Source: Isurus oxyrinchus (Eukaryota). From it: DNA of 64,000 nucleotides. Both the position numbers and the translations under genes were made by a program. The stretch lies in the NCBI GenBank assembly GCA_026770705.1, contig JANJGN010000301.1:62001-126000 (forward strand). The letters are read 5' to 3'. The notes under the pieces were generated by a model. That model did no database searches and was not told where the DNA came from. It was given only the letters and a program-made list of their open reading frames with translations. This document shows positions 1 to 13,599 of the stretch, one piece after another. Numbering within the stretch: position 1 is the stretch's first letter; each line of letters starts with the position of its first letter.

Positions 1-659
1 ACTGTCAACTTGAGGTAACTAGCTTATTTGTAATCAAGTAAGGTATGAAATTTTAGCATTAGCAAAGATAGAATATTATGAATTCAAATCGAAGGGCTGA
101 AAATAATTTTTTTGTGAATTTAGATGGAAGCAAATTCCAGTCAGCAGCATTCTTTGGGACAATATGACCTGTGGTAGACACAGCGACCCGGCAGCGTCAC
201 CTGGTGGCCTGGTTTAAATTATCAACTTTGGAAGGATCACAGAGATCATTGCTCACGATTTGTATTCTCTCTGTTTCCATTATTCGTCTGATTCAGTACA
301 ACGAACCGGACGCTCCTCCCACTTTCCACCAATGATGAACGGGAACCTCCCTCATACATCACTCTGTGAGGTGAAGTCCCAGAAGCCTGTTTCTAGCGGG
401 TACAGTTTTCTGGTTTTCGTTAAGATTCATGCGCAACAGCACTGACTTCAGAAGCAGCTACCCTGACCTGGATCTCCCGACAATTAATTTACCGAAGTTG
501 ATAGGACACGACATGAAGCTAAGCTTAATTGATGGCCTTTCCAGATTTTGCTCTCTATCCTCCACGTGATTGCGGCACACATCATTAGATACAATATGAG
601 TATAACATCGTACATAGTGCAATATATACAGTATAATATATATTATTCGTTTATAGGGT

Positions 660-900
660 GTGAGCGTCGCTGGTTGGGCCACCATTTATTACCCAGCCCT
701 CCCTTGTTGACCTTGTTCAGAGGGCATTTAAGAGTCAACTACGTTGCTGTGGGTCTGGAGTCACATGTTGGCCAGGCCAAGTAAGGATGGTAGATTTCCT
801 GCCCTATAGAGCATAAATGAACGAGATGGGTTTTTACGACAACCGACAGTGGTTTCATTTTTCCAGATTTGTATTGAATTCAAATTTCGCGATTTGCAGG
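660..900 (-). mobile_element. Shark tRNA-derived SINE / CR1-tail fragment (HE1-like)
   Basis: Shares blocks (agggcatttaagagtcaac...gggtctggagtcacatg...ggccaggccaagtaagga) with 55265-55500 and, reverse-complemented, with 22205-22560 and 35245-35540. Confidence 0.6.
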
Positions 901-1084
901 GGTTCTAAATATATTTACGTATATATATGTACATATATATAAATATAATAATGCTATATTCTATTGGATTGCATTTTCCTGTATTCTATCAACTTGTATT
1001 TTGTTATTTTATATTTTATTGTTGTATGTTATAAGGAATTGCGTTATATTTTACTAATTATGCGACGTTATATCTAATTCAACT

Positions 1085-1366
1085 GGCAGTGATGGAACAT
1101 GACAGTCAACGGTTGTTGCAGAAGGGGACATTGTATCATTGACCTGTTTTATCACTGTAGCAGGGTGGATCCAACAATGGTACAGACGATATCCGGACTG
1201 AACAGTGCAGCACCTGGCGAGAAGTACCAGCGATCGGAAAAGGATCAAGGCTTGGCCTAATTTAGCATAGTGAAGTGCTCTGAATGTTAGCGACACTTCG
1301 GTGCCCACTTTTTCTGTTCGTTTCAGACACAAGGTGTTACCTCGCAATAAGGATCAAAGAAAAGCC
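1085..1366 (+). pseudogene. TCR alpha/delta V pseudogene with degenerate 23-RSS
   Basis: Manual translation STVVAEGDIVSLTCFITVAGWIQQWYRRYPD*...SALNVSDT retains C23, WY and the SDT motif, with stops and a deletion. RSS CACAAGG (1328-1334), 23 bp, AGAAAAGCC (1358-1366). Confidence 0.7.
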
Positions 1367-1489
1367 TTCTGAGGGAGAGGGTGACAATTTGTAGTCTCTG
1401 CCCTCATCAAAGAACTAGGAGTTTGATAACAATCTCCATGGAAAAGGGCCCTCAGTCCCCTAATAAGTGAATGAGAGCAGGGTGGATAT

Positions 1490-2190
1490 ACATTTCAACA
1501 CACCACCCTGCTGTCATGCCCACTTGTCCATTCTTGGCTTGCTGCAATGTTCCAGTGAAGCTCAATGCAAACTGGAGGAACAGCACCTCATCTTCCGAAA
1601 AGGCACTTTACAGCCTTCTGGACTGAATATTGAGTTCAACAAGTTTAGATCATGAACTCTCTCCTCCATCCCCACCCCCTTGCCAATTCCCGTTTTTTCC
1701 AATAATTTATATAGGATTTTCTTTTCCCACCTATTTCCATTATTTTTAAATGTATTTCCATCCCTTGTTTTATCTCTACCTTGTAGTCTATTTCGATCCC
1801 TTCTCCACGCTCCACCCCCACTAGGGCTATCTGTATCTTGCTCGTCCTGTTTTCTACCTTTAATGTCACCTATTAGCACATTTCTTAGATAATACCACCA
1901 CCGTCAACATCTCTTTGTCCTTTTGTCTGTGACATCTTTTGGCAATGTCCACCTATCACTGGCCCTCTATCCAGCTCTACTTGTCCCACCTACCCGCCCA
2001 CCCCCCGCCTTAAACCAGCTTATATTTCACATCTCTTCTATTTTTCCTTAGTTCTGTTGAAGAGTCATACGGACTCGAAAAGTTAACTGTGTTCCTCTCT
2101 GCAGATGCTGTCAGTCCTGCTGAGTTTTTCCAGGTATTAGTATTTTTATTTTTGTTTTGGATTTCCAGCATCCGCAGTTTTTTGCTTTTA
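1490..2190 (+). mobile_element. 5'-truncated Penelope-like retroelement (GIY-YIG C-terminus plus 3' UTR/pLTR)
   Basis: ORF 1467-1655 (HFNTPPC...EEQHLIFRKGTLQPSGLNIEFNKFRS) closely matches the C-terminus of ORF 23525-25285. The 3' UTR matches the reverse complement of 22955-23520. Confidence 0.85.
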
Positions 2191-2466
2191 TCCCATCTAA
2201 TACAGTTGTTGTCAGCAGAGAGTGAGTTACTGGATTTGCAAAAAGTCCAATGATGGAGGTAGAGAAACAAAAGAGCGTGAGCTTAAATCTAAACTTGTGT
2301 CCATCTGTATGTATGTATGTGCAAATCCCCACCTACCAAGTGTGTATAATATGCATGTACCCGATCGCTAGCCGCATTAAATCCTTGTGCAAACCTGCTA
2401 ACCAGTCTTGATGAACGTAATCCAGTATTTGCTGTCCAACAGCGTGGCTAGTATTATCAGAAACAT
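2190..2466 (-). pseudogene. Truncated TCR V pseudogene (leader plus FR1 only), cut by the Penelope insertion
   Basis: Leader MFLIILATLLD (ATG 2464-2466). FR1 GLFANPVTHSLLTTTVLDG is homologous to GLCADAVTQSLVTLAVSEGG of the V at 59250. Flank 2290-2800 is homologous to 59650-60160. Confidence 0.65.
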
Positions 2467-3714
2467 GTCTCACTGAATCTCTCTCAATGAATGTGAATGC
2501 AATGGGCTAGAAAGTGAGAAGAAGAGAGGGAACCCAGGCTCTGTTCAGCTATTGTTCCAACCTCACACTGCAGGGGGCCAGGCCCATTGTGACCACACTC
2601 AGGCTACCATCCTTATAGGCCCCGGTGTTGGTCACACGTGACTTTCTAATCAACATGAATGAACTTAGTGCTCTCTTCAGCGGGCTCTGTTAGTTTCACT
2701 TTAGAATGGGGCTTTGAGTGGATGGAGGGTTCATTGGTATACATATTAAAACAGGCATGTCAGACATTGTTTCCCAGAAATTTTAATTGGAGCTGATCAG
2801 ACCTAGGCTTTTTTTATGTTTATGCCAGAGAGTAATGCAATTCTTTCTGTAATACTGTTTAAAAATCAGGGGACCAATATTCATACAAAATGACAAGATA
2901 ATAGATATTAGACATTAGAAGTAATACACCAGGCAGGTACCAAGGGTGGCGCACTTAAGTGTAAACAGACAAGGGAAACTGCCGTTATTCCTTTCTCAAC
3001 TATTTAAGCGAGATAATTAATTGAAGTTCTCAAAATGATAAAAGATCTGATGTAATACATCACGCATTATTGTGCCTATTAGCAGAAAATTCGATAACCA
3101 TTGAGTCCCATTTTCAAAGAAAAAAGATGACAAAAAGGTGAAATTCACTTATTACACCGTGTCAAAATCTTAAAAGCACGACCCAAAGGATGGAAGAAGA
3201 ATATTCAATCGTAACCTTCAGAAGGAAATGTTTTGTACATTGAAAATGGGAAAACTTGCCCCTCGTGCAAAAATTGCAAGAGTTGAAAGACGCTTTGATA
3301 ACTCTTCCAAACACACACAGGGATGGTATGTCAAATAGTCTATTCAGTAGTTTAAAATTCTATGATTCAGGTTTCTTCATGCCTCTTCTGCTCTATTTGT
3401 TCTCTGTCACTGGAACAGTGAGCTGGTGCAGGATTGTCACAAAGTTGTGAAATTTCAACCGTCGCTATTTCCTTCCCTCAGTTCAAAGTGCAGCTGAGAG
3501 TCATCGTGCACTTCACGTAATATCGAGTCTGCGGTATCCCTGCCCACAGCTTCTGTTTGCTGCTCCCACTCTGACCCGATTGTGTAATTGGAGAGTTTGC
3601 TGACGCTGATTCAATCTTCTCATTGTTCGGGTCAGCAGTGCAGTGGGACGGGGATCTATCTTTCTGCTTTGACAGAGGATTTTTTGCACGTAGGTTGCAG
3701 ACTGAGGACGTATT

Positions 3715-4225
3715 ATGGGGAACAGTTTCACTCCGCTCCTCATTGTTATATCATTTCTCTGTAAGCACCTCCTTCCCGGTAAAATCCATTGTCTTCCTGA
3801 TTGCTGTGACCCAGATGTCATTGTTGTTCAAATAATGGTGATGGCGATCATGATGATTATGTTGACTGAGTATTGTTTTTACTTTTCTTTAATGTTAGAA
3901 TGGGACCACCAGGACAAAATGGAACAGCCGGCTCATGAAATAATGGATGAAGAGAAAATTAGTTTCGCACAGACTTGCACTTTGAAACAAGCAATCGCTG
4001 CTTTTATGTGTACTGGCAAAGTGAGCATCCCAGGCAGCCTCCAGAGTACGTGTTTCATCATATTGGAGAGAATGTGTACAGGAGCATCGATATCATTGAT
4101 CGGTTTTCTTCTACGCTTAATAAAACTGCCCGATCGGCAACATGCTGATTTCCAGCTCCACCTTGCATTGATGTGCCATGAGCCCGACACTGCTGCAGAG
4201 AGATAGCGGGTCCCAGACAAAAACT
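3715..4225 (+). pseudogene. TCR alpha/delta V pseudogene (family A)
   Basis: Leader 3715-3760 MGNSFTPLLIVISFL|gtaagc. V exon from about 3899 has a frameshift after C23 and an FR3 deletion. RSS GACACTG (4186-4192), 24 bp, ACAAAAACT (4217-4225). Confidence 0.85.
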
Positions 4226-5041
4226 CAGAGAGTTTTCCAGTTAGCGCTGAGCAGAGGGCGCACTCACACCGTCAAAACAGAAGGAATGGTTCAAATCCCA
4301 CTGTGAGATCAGGTGGACCTTGTTAAAAGATCATTAAACAATTAACATTCATCAAGAACAACTGTTTGGATTAGTTTGCCGTTGAAATTTGAATTTATAA
4401 TTAAAGCGAGCTTTACAAATGGCAATGTAATGCTTCAATTCCACTTTTCTTTATCGACGCCTTTCCCTGCTGACTTGTTTCTTATCATCCCGTCTCCATT
4501 CGGTAAACAGAATTGTGCACAGTTTCTTCTTTTAGTCTTTAATTTAAGTAGATGGTCCTTTGCTACTTCTCTGTCCAGTAATTCAGAATCACTCCAATCC
4601 CGATACCTGTAGATTTAGCCCTGGATTCAAGAGAGGTTACTCATTAAACTATTGCGTATTATTGAATAATATAACAATCCTGATACTCCTGTCCCGAACT
4701 TACTCGTATCCAGTATGGAATGAATATGGAATGACCAAAACCCTCTTGGAGAGTCAGAGTTACATCCTTTTCGAAGGAGACATTACTCCTGAGTTCACTT
4801 CTTTGCAGATGAATCCGACTGTGTGATATCACTACCTGCTATAACCCCGCCCACAGCATCGGTTTGCTGTTGTTAGTATCACCCCCTTCCTTGCCGTTTA
4901 TTATTGGAGAATTTGCTGCCTTTGTTCTCTGCTTGGAATTGATTGGATGAGCAATTCAGTGGGGGCTCGGGGTGGGATTCTGTACTCCTGCTCCGACAGA
5001 GGGTTTCCCTTGACTTCACAGTTACAGACACAGCGAACATC

Positions 5042-5543
5042 ATGCAGAACCGTCTTACACTGCTCCTCATCATTTTACCCCTTCTCAGTAAGTGTTCACG
5101 CCCACGAAAAATTCATTATTCCCAGAAACACCCTCACCCAGGTGCCACTGGTTGTGAATTGATGATGATGTTAACAATAACGATGTCTCTTATTATTATT
5201 TTATGTTTGAATGAGCCGCCAAGACAAAGTGGAACAGTGAAAAGGTTGCTGAAGAGGAAAGCAATGTCACCCTAAACTGCACCTTAAAAACAAACGTTGG
5301 TAATCCTACTGTGCTCTAGTACAGTCCGCACCCCGGGGAGCCTCCACAGTACATGTTTTATATTACTGGAGGGATAATAAACCGCAACCCGGACTTGTCT
5401 GCCCGCTTCAATCCTGCATTTGATAAATCAGCCAAGATCACCGAGCTAACGATCAGTAAGGTCGTGATCTCTGACACCGCCGTGTATTTCTGTGCCATGA
5501 GACCCACACTGCTGTGGATAAAAGCGGACTCCGTACAAAAACC
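5042..5543 (+). pseudogene. TCR alpha/delta V pseudogene (family A) with intact 23-RSS
   Basis: Leader 5042-5087 MQNRLTLLLIILPLL|gtaagt. W41 codon is TAG, with an FR1 frameshift and a damaged acceptor. FR3 ELTISKVVISDTAVYFCAMRP. RSS CACACTG (5505-5511), 23 bp, ACAAAAACC (5535-5543). Confidence 0.9.
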
Positions 5544-8200
5544 AACACTGGGGTTTGCAGTTGGTGCTCGCCAGAGAGCGCTGTCACACCCACAAAACAA
5601 AGCTCCCAAACAGCCTCTACAGTGGGAATATCTGGGGTGCTCCCCACACCACCCCCCACCCCCAAATAGTAACAAAACAACATTCAACGAGAACAGGCAA
5701 GTCTCACTTGTGCAATTACATTTTTATATTTTGGTGATTTCAACTGGTAACTCAGAGATAAGTTTAAAGTGGCAGGAGTTTGAAGTGGAAAGTGGGATTG
5801 GACTGGGTGACTCGTTTTTCGGCCGGTGCTGACAACGATGGATCAAGTAATCTCTTTCAGCTCCGCTATCTTTCCACGATTCTATGAGAACCTGTCTGAA
5901 AAATCCTGAGACGTATCTCCCGCGCTGTGTACTTTCAATAACTCTCCCGGAGCTTCCCGGAATACTTGATGCACCAGAAGAGAGTTCGAGCAGCAATTGC
6001 CGATTAATTGCTGTTCAGTATTATGGTCCACCCTTCCAGAGCTGTTAATTCAGAGGCGCCCTGAGACAATTCATCTTCACCATCAGTTCCTGTAACACAT
6101 TACAGAATTTACCAAATATCTGACGGTGAATATAATCCATGGAAGAGACATTGATCATTAAAAACAAACTCACCAGGCAGCAAGACCAATATTAATAATA
6201 TAGGGGTCACATGGTGCCTGGTTTAGACTAACAGACTGACTTCTAGTGTGACATGAAAGAGTAAACCCATATCATGGGGAGGCTTCACTTACCCCGTATT
6301 TGGAAACTCGGGGGCGATTGACAGGGACAGGATTAGCTGGTTTCTCAGTACTGATGACGGTTGTGCACCAATTGATGTTAATTGTCGATTACAACTTGAT
6401 CTGGCTGTCTTCCTGTGTCCCTATGTTTTTCTGCGTCTCTGGCTCTGTCTTCGTACCTATGTCTGGTTTTCTCTCTCTTTATCTCTCTCTTTCTCAGTCG
6501 TTCCGTCTCTCTGAGCCTCTTTCTCTCCTGCCTCTCTGCGCCCTTTCCCCTCTTTCAGTTGTTATCTCTCTGTCTCCTTCTGTCGTGTTCCTGGAAGTGC
6601 AGAACGTAGAAAGTCAAATAACTCCCAACCGACCATTCAAATAGTTCCCCAAACAACACGCTCAAGTGTTAGGAGAAGCTATAGCAGACAATATATAAAA
6701 ACCACTGATCAGAAACATGCTTAATATGGAAACAGCTACACTTAAATCCCACACTATATAAGTTAGGTGTGAATCAGGAGTCAAACTGACATTATTTCTT
6801 TGCGTGGACATTTAAAAGACGGAATCTTACCGGGATCTCTGTCATTTCATTATGTTTAATACGAGCATCAATTAACAGGTATGTCTGGCATATTGAAAAT
6901 AAACCAAGACAATCACTAGAATTCGAACTGGAGTTGATACTGGTTTCATGCATAGGTTCACCTGCATTAAAGAATATTATAATAGGGGTAATAAGAACAA
7001 GAAGAACGCGGCATAATCAACAAGAACATCATTCAGTAATTTGAGAATTCAATGAACTGCCAAGAAAAGGCCATTTGCCACACATCAGCACACATCGTGT
7101 TTGTGCACTGCAGCAAGTACGGGACCGCAAATTCAATGGTTATGTTACCAGACTGGCAGTCTGAGATAACTGGTTTAATAATCCGGCTACATGATTTGCA
7201 GTCAGACCACGCCATTTGAGGAATTTAAGTTCTGCTAATAAAACAAACATCTGGAATTAAAGCTAATACTGGTTGTGACATGATACTGTTTAATGGTCAT
7301 AAAGTCGCAGCTGGTTCGATACTGTCTTTGGGAGAAAGCAATCCAGCGTCTTTGCCCGTTCTGCCTATCCATAGAAATATGGGTGACTCGTAACCACTCA
7401 TTGAAATAGCCATTTCATGAAAGCTGCGAGGAAAACCATAAGCCAAATATAAACTGCGGATGTTCAATCGTGATTCAACTCTATCTCTCCCTCAATTTTT
7501 CTCCCTGACCCTCAATCTGTTTCTCCCCCGAACTTCCCTCAGAGACGGGTTTAACAACAAGTCTTTAGGCGAATGGGCAGCCAGGTGTTGCTCTGGTCCA
7601 TAATGTGCAGCCAATGCAAACAACACAAGTCGTTCATATCTGGGCCCAAACACAAAAAAGTCTTCAAACACCCCGCAAAATAGGAAGGCCTTCATTTCCA
7701 AAACACAAAGCGGACTTTACTCATTTTATGTGTTCGATTTAAGCACAGGAGAAATAGGAACATTAACCCACTGATGTGCTTCGTGCCCATTGCAAATAAT
7801 AAATGTCCATCCATTCACTACCCACTGGTTTCCAATCCAATTCATCAAGAGGGAAAGGTCTTTGTTTGACCCACAGCCTAACCCTGTAACCGATCACCGA
7901 TTGGAGACCATCACTCTCTCCCTGGCCTGGAATTTACCGGTCCCACATGGATGAAAGACAGTGTCTGACCTGCTGCCAATTTATAAGGTCATAGAGAGAC
8001 AATGCGGCCTTAATGTCCCAGTTCTCTGTAATAAACACTGCTGGAGTCACATCAGACCAATCAGATCCAGTGATTTCAGGTCTTTCGATCCAATATCCTC
8101 AGGAAGCGACATCAGATCCGCCTCAGCCAATTGACTCAGCTTTTCTTGTCCGGTCTTCTGCAGGTTTCTGAGACACAAAACATCCCCTGCAAGAGCAGCA

Positions 8201-9275
8201 ATGCAGCTCTCCGTTCTCGCTGTAGTTTGGGTGGCATTCATTGTCGGTAAGAAGTTTAAAATTTGAAAAAGGGGGCTTAATTTCTGGGAGAATCAATTTG
8301 AAAAGCAGAAAATTCATGTTAACCATGTTTCGGATCTTGATCGGACCACACTCAGATTTATGGTGAAATGTTCTGGTCTTTAATCAGACGAACACAGGCC
8401 ACAAAATAAAATGAAAAGAAACCCAATTACAATGATGGTACTAGAATTCAGCAAGAACTGTACAGACTGGGGGCCTGTCCTCTGGTAAAGAGAAACTGAA
8501 GGGGAACTGAATAGAGGTCTTCAAAATGATGAAGGAGTTCGATGGAAAATACAATTCCATTTGTGGAGGATTCCTAAAGTATGGGTTATAAATATAAGAG
8601 TCACGGAAAAGACTCAATAGGGGGTTTGCAACAACTATCTTTAATTTTTAGAATAAGGAATTCAGTGCCACAAGAAGCAGCTGAGACAAAACGTCTAGCT
8701 GTAATGAAGGGAAATGGGATAAGCGGAAGAGGGTGAAAAGGTTGGAAGGATTTGCTGAGAGAGTGAGGATGCTCTTCGTGGTTGGAAACACAGAGATGGA
8801 CCATTTGGGCCGAATGAACTGTTGTGTGCTCGAAATTACATTTGATCTATGTCACACTGACTGTGAATTTTCACTCTCAGTTCTGTTCAGTTGAAGTTTT
8901 AATCGCTGATTTCTGCTTTCTTTAATCATGTGTTCCAGATCTGAGCGATGGAGGGTCTGTTACTCAAACCTTACTCACACAGACAGAGGGAGAAGATGCC
9001 ACTTTAAACTGCACCTATACCGACGATGCTTCTTTCTTATTCTGGTACCGGCAGTACGCAGACAGACAGCCCGAGTTTGCAGTCCAGAGGCACAAGGGCG
9101 GAGGTTCAGAATTTAAGGCGGATTTCGCTCAGAGCCGGTTTTCTGATACAGTCCAGCAGACAGACAAGTCGTACCGATTGACTATCTCGGAGATACGGCT
9201 GTCTGACACCGCGGTCTATTACTGTGCACAGAGTCTCACAGTGATGAGAATGAGTGAAAGCCTCGTACAATAACT
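8201..9275 (+). CDS. Potentially functional TCR alpha/delta V segment (family C)
   Basis: Leader 8201-8246 MQLSVLAVVWVAFIV|gtaaga. Open V exon 8939-9236: DLSDGGSVTQTLLTQTEGEDATLNCTYTDDASFLFWYRQYADRQPEFAVQRHKGGGSEFKADFAQSRFSDTVQQTDKSYRLTISEIRLSDTAVYYCAQS. RSS CACAGTG (9237-9243), 23 bp, ACAATAACT (9267-9275). Confidence 0.9.
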
Positions 9276-10282
9276 GCTGCAGTTTTCTGGGGCACAGCTG
9301 CTGTCTGTTGAGGGATGTTTATAACAGTGGCTCAGACACTGATACGTCAATCCTTCCTGTACGGGCACAATCCACATAAGCACCATCTAAAATCACTCAC
9401 ATTGAATATTGATTCAGTCTGATTACTGTATTAAATGTGTGGGGCAGAATCCTGTTGTTTATTTGTGAATGTCTGAGAGCTCGCCATATCCATTGAGAAT
9501 ACAAGCACATGAAAGTGGCCGGCGTCCATTTATATCAGTGCACTGCTGTTTATGAAAGAATTCACGGCAAATGAACAAATGTTTCTTTTGTGTTTAAATA
9601 GCCAATAGTGTAGACATAAGGCCACCAGGTGAGGGGAATCCGAATAAATATAATGACCTGATTAAAATCTCTCAATGTTAGGTGCTACTACATATTGAAA
9701 TTAAGAATCTATAATATAAACAGGCACAAAGAGGTTATTTTCAAGACATGATTAGAAGCTGATGGACATTGATTAATAGATTGAATAATCTACAAGGACA
9801 GTCTGCTGTGTTCTAGGCACCGGAACAGATGACCAGGAAACCGACTGAATACAAAAGCTTTTTTTTTGAAGTATCAGAAAGTTTGAGCACTGGAAGCGCT
9901 TTGGGAAATCTGAACACACCAGGTAAGGCTTTATGAAAATGCAAAGTCTTTGTTCTTTTTTCCTGTGCGTCCCTTCAGTGATCTGTAACTGATACCGCAT
10001 TTTTGTTGTGTGTACCCCCTGTAACGGCTGGAACATAAGGTCAAAAATGTGGTTCAGCATTTCTGCCTTTGCAACTTTAATTTTAAAAATGGGATGAATT
10101 TTCTGAACACATTTTACTTTATGTTCAGAATGCATTCGATGTAAATGGAACATTTCAAAATGCCGCACCTGTTACGATCGGATTGTTGCTTACTTGATTT
10201 ACTTTCAATGAGCACATTCCGGTTAAATGCTTTGAAAGTCTTTATTTATCCTCATTCCTTTCACCGGGTCACGATTCTGCAG

Positions 10283-10811
10283 TGTTTCTGTATGAAGAAG
10301 GTTTCCTTTGGTACTTGTCACTGTGTCCCTCAGCCTGCAGTAATACACCACGCAGGTCACGGATGTTGAAATTCCCCTCATTTCTGGAAGTGTCGAGAGA
10401 TGCAGATAATCGAGCCCCCGCGCCCTTTGCATTGAAAACAAGCCCAGCGGAAGGGATATAGGTCAATACTGTGGGGGCTTTCTCGCCCTCCTGACGTTAC
10501 AGTTGCAAGGAGCAGAAGCAAATCGTGACCGAATAGCTGAAATTGATGGTCAGCGAGTCTCCTTCAAACTGTGCACCTGCAACCGGCTCCTGTAACACCA
10601 AGTCTGCAGAAAATTCAAAGTACAGAACGTCAACTTTTTATTATCACTGTTACAATCAGGGTTAGCATGTTAACGGAGCCCTTTACAAATAAAGGGAAAT
10701 ATAGTTCAAAGGAAGATCACACTATCAGTATAACCTGCAAGATAAACATTGTGTAACTTGGGAATTTACCAGTTAAGAGAATCGCAGCTGCGAAGAATGA
10801 ACAGGAAACAT
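10283..10811 (-). pseudogene. TCR alpha/delta V pseudogene
   Basis: DLVLQEPVAGAQFEGDSLTINFSYS...LQL*RQEGEKAPTVLTYI...FNIRDLR(deletion)VYYCRLRD has lost C23 and W41. The leader is frameshifted. Heptamer CACAGTG at 10319-10325 has a 27-bp spacer. Confidence 0.8.
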
Positions 10812-10987
10812 GTTTGCAGAGCCGATGGCGGATTTGAATAGATTGATTCCAACCAGAATTGTTTCAGTGAAGAGTTAAGAAGATGTCGAGTAATATCCGG
10901 TCCCGCACCCGATTGGTTCATTCCTGACTGAGCTCACAGCTCTTTGTCCTTGAATTCACCCAATCAGCTCACAGTTCATTCAATCCG

Positions 10988-10995
10988 TGACGTCA
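10988..10995. promoter_or_regulatory. CRE palindrome TGACGTCA in a V promoter, with nearby CCAAT boxes
   Basis: Perfect CRE about 180 bp upstream of the leader ATG at 10811, with CCAAT at about 10960. Related TGATGTCA/TGACGTAA motifs lie upstream of other Vs (12149, 31042, 61865, 61925, 63377). Confidence 0.55.
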
Positions 10996-11519
10996 GAGAG
11001 CTCGAAATAAGGAGTGAGAGCATACGAACATATGAAACATGAGCTGGAGTCGGATATTCGGTCTCTCGACCCTGCAGCATCATCTATCTCTAATGTACTT
11101 ACCTAACTCTCATCCACCTTCCTGCATCATGCCCCAAATCCCTTGTTTCATAGAGCTATCAACCTCAGTCTAAAATAAACTCAGCGACGACGCTCTGGAG
11201 TGCAGAATAATGAGAACGTTATTGAAGCCGATATAGTTTCTTTCAGGGGGTCAATCTTTGATGTGGAGCGATGATGGGTAATAGTTAAAGTTGTTCTGTG
11301 ACAAGTGTTCGAGTCTCCCATTAAAAGAGCTTCTCGATGACCATGAAAAATACTCACAGGCAATAGAAAGAGGGATTTCACATGGAATGCCATACATTCT
11401 GCACGACAGAAAGAGATAATCCAGACAATCTGGTCATGATGATGTGATTTAGCTTAAATTAACATTCACAGTCCAGGTCACCGATCTGATTCAGTGAGAG
11501 GAGGTGGGAGTGCCTTGCT

Positions 11520-12002
11520 GGTTTTTGGACGGACTGGCTGCGCCACTGTAACTGTGTGGCACCAACGCACAGTGATACACGGCAGAGTCAGAGACAAGCG
11601 CTCCATCGATATCTAAAGGAGCAGTTTTCATGTCTTGGTCTAAATCAGCAGAAAACCGGTCAGGAAAATTTGGAGACAATTTCCCTGCCCATTGCCGAAC
11701 CTCCTCAGTAAAGATCTCGGAGCTTCCCCGGAATACTACACATACCAGAATAGTACTGGCACAGCGCAATTTTTTCTGTAACTGCAATTCAATATATTAC
11801 CGTCCAAACTCCCTGAACCGATATTTAGGGCGCTCTTGGGAAACTGAATCTTGGCCATTGGTTCCTGCGGCAACATAACGAATGTGTCAAAGATCTGGCA
11901 GTAAATATAACCGATGGAACACACACTGTGGAGTTTAGCTCAGACTCACCCGGCAGCACGACCATTGTTATCAGTCAAGCAAACAGGGAACATACGGTTC
12001 AT
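11520..12002 (-). pseudogene. TCR alpha/delta V pseudogene
   Basis: GTNGQDSVSQ / ILNCSY...LFWYV*YSGEAP / PDRFSADLDQDMKTAPLDIDGALVSDSAVYHCALV is split over frames. RSS CACACAG (11552-11558), 23 bp, CCAAAAACC (11520-11528). Leader ends near 11950 with a gtgagt donor. Confidence 0.85.
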
Positions 12003-12866
12003 GACTCGACAGTAAACGGCAGACTGTTTAAAATATCTTGCTGCTTCTAGTCTTATCTCAAAGAATAAACTCAGACCGGAGGCAGGTTTTAATTATTGGG
12101 TAATTGAGGGGTGTTTCTCAGTGCTGCTATTGGCTGGCCTCTCAAATCTGATGTCAGCTGTAGACCAATCACTCTTCGTTCAGGGTTAAACACAGCCCGC
12201 TCTCTCCAATCACATTCCATACCTGCACGTGTTTATCTGCCTTTATCACTGCCTGGCTCTGTCTCACATTAGCAGCTGTTTCGTCTCTTTCTTGTTTTAA
12301 CGCGCTTTCTTTACAATTCAATGTCTCTTTTTTTTTTGAAAGGTAGATCTCATTTTCTCAGTGAGGTGAGAAGTGAAATAATTGAAAATTAGTCTCTTTC
12401 CCATGTCTTGATGAACACAGTGCAGTTATTTGCACGGTTAATAGATACCTTAGTAAGTTTACAAGGGACTTGATAAGTAGCCACCCGGCTCCAAACTCAG
12501 ACACGGTAGCATTGGAGATCACCTTGTACCAGGATATTTCTCAATTCAGTCAGTCAATATTTTTACCACAGAAACTTCAAAATGTGTCACCTTTGAGACA
12601 CAATGACTTGGAAAATGCCCTCTGACAGTTAGAATTATATTATTCACCGGGAGATCTGCAGGGTTGTGCTAATGGGATCGGGAAATAATTAAATTTGGCT
12701 CTGGATTAAAATATCGCATTTCCCAACACGGACAAGCTTTAACCTCAAAGAGAAAAGAAACCGGGTCGGATTAGCCTGTATCCTCGAGATTAATCTCGTA
12801 TATTTCATCTGGGATTCTTCCCCTTGTGTTATCCTGATACCGAACTCTTGATGTCGACCTGCGCCT

Positions 12867-13388
12867 AGTTTTTGTACGAGGCACGAGGGACCCTCATTCA
12901 CTGTGGTCCTCAGCGCGCAGTAATACACGGCGTTGTCTGTGATCTTCAAATCTTTCATGGACAAGTGAAAAGTGCTTTGTGTCATGTTGAGATCCCCGCT
13001 GAAGTGTTCAAAGCTGGGAGCCGTCTCATTAAACCCATAACTATCGGCTCTGAGAAGGTATTGAGGAGCTGGGTGTGAATACTGGCGATACCAGAACAAG
13101 CCATAGCCTGCAGCTGAAATCGATACAGAGTAAATGCAGGATTTTGCTGAATCTTCACCCTCTTTTCCTTCGACTCCTTGTTCTGACTGTGACACTGAGT
13201 CTCCGTTACTCATCTCTGAAAATAAATAACAGACACAAAGAGGCTTAGATGGGGTAACAAAAAGAGAATCATCACTTGGAGCTGGAAATGGGAAATAATA
13301 TGAGGGCTGCGGAATTTAGTAGGGAGGTTCAATTAGACCGACCTGTGTTCAGGCCAATAATTAGAGTCAGACAGAGTTTCACCTCCAT
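12867..13388 (-). CDS. Potentially functional TCR alpha/delta V segment
   Basis: Leader 13343-13388 MEVKLCLTLIIGLNT|gt. Open V exon 12906-13215 with C23, FWYRQY and DNAVYYCALRT. RSS CACAGTG (12899-12905), 23 bp, ACAAAAACT (12867-12875). Confidence 0.92.
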
Positions 13389-13599
13389 GGTTCCAGTCCG
13401 CACTCCAGAAACAGAGATCACTGTCTGTACCAGAGCTGCAATTGGCGAAATTGAAAAAATAGTTCGAGGATTTTATACGATTGGCCAGGATGTCTTCTCT
13501 CGCCCACCCTTACTTTTTCAAACAGTCACTTCCTGTAGAAGCGGACCGTAATCTTCAGCAAGTGGTCAGACAGCGCCCTCTTGCGGACAATAAAACCAC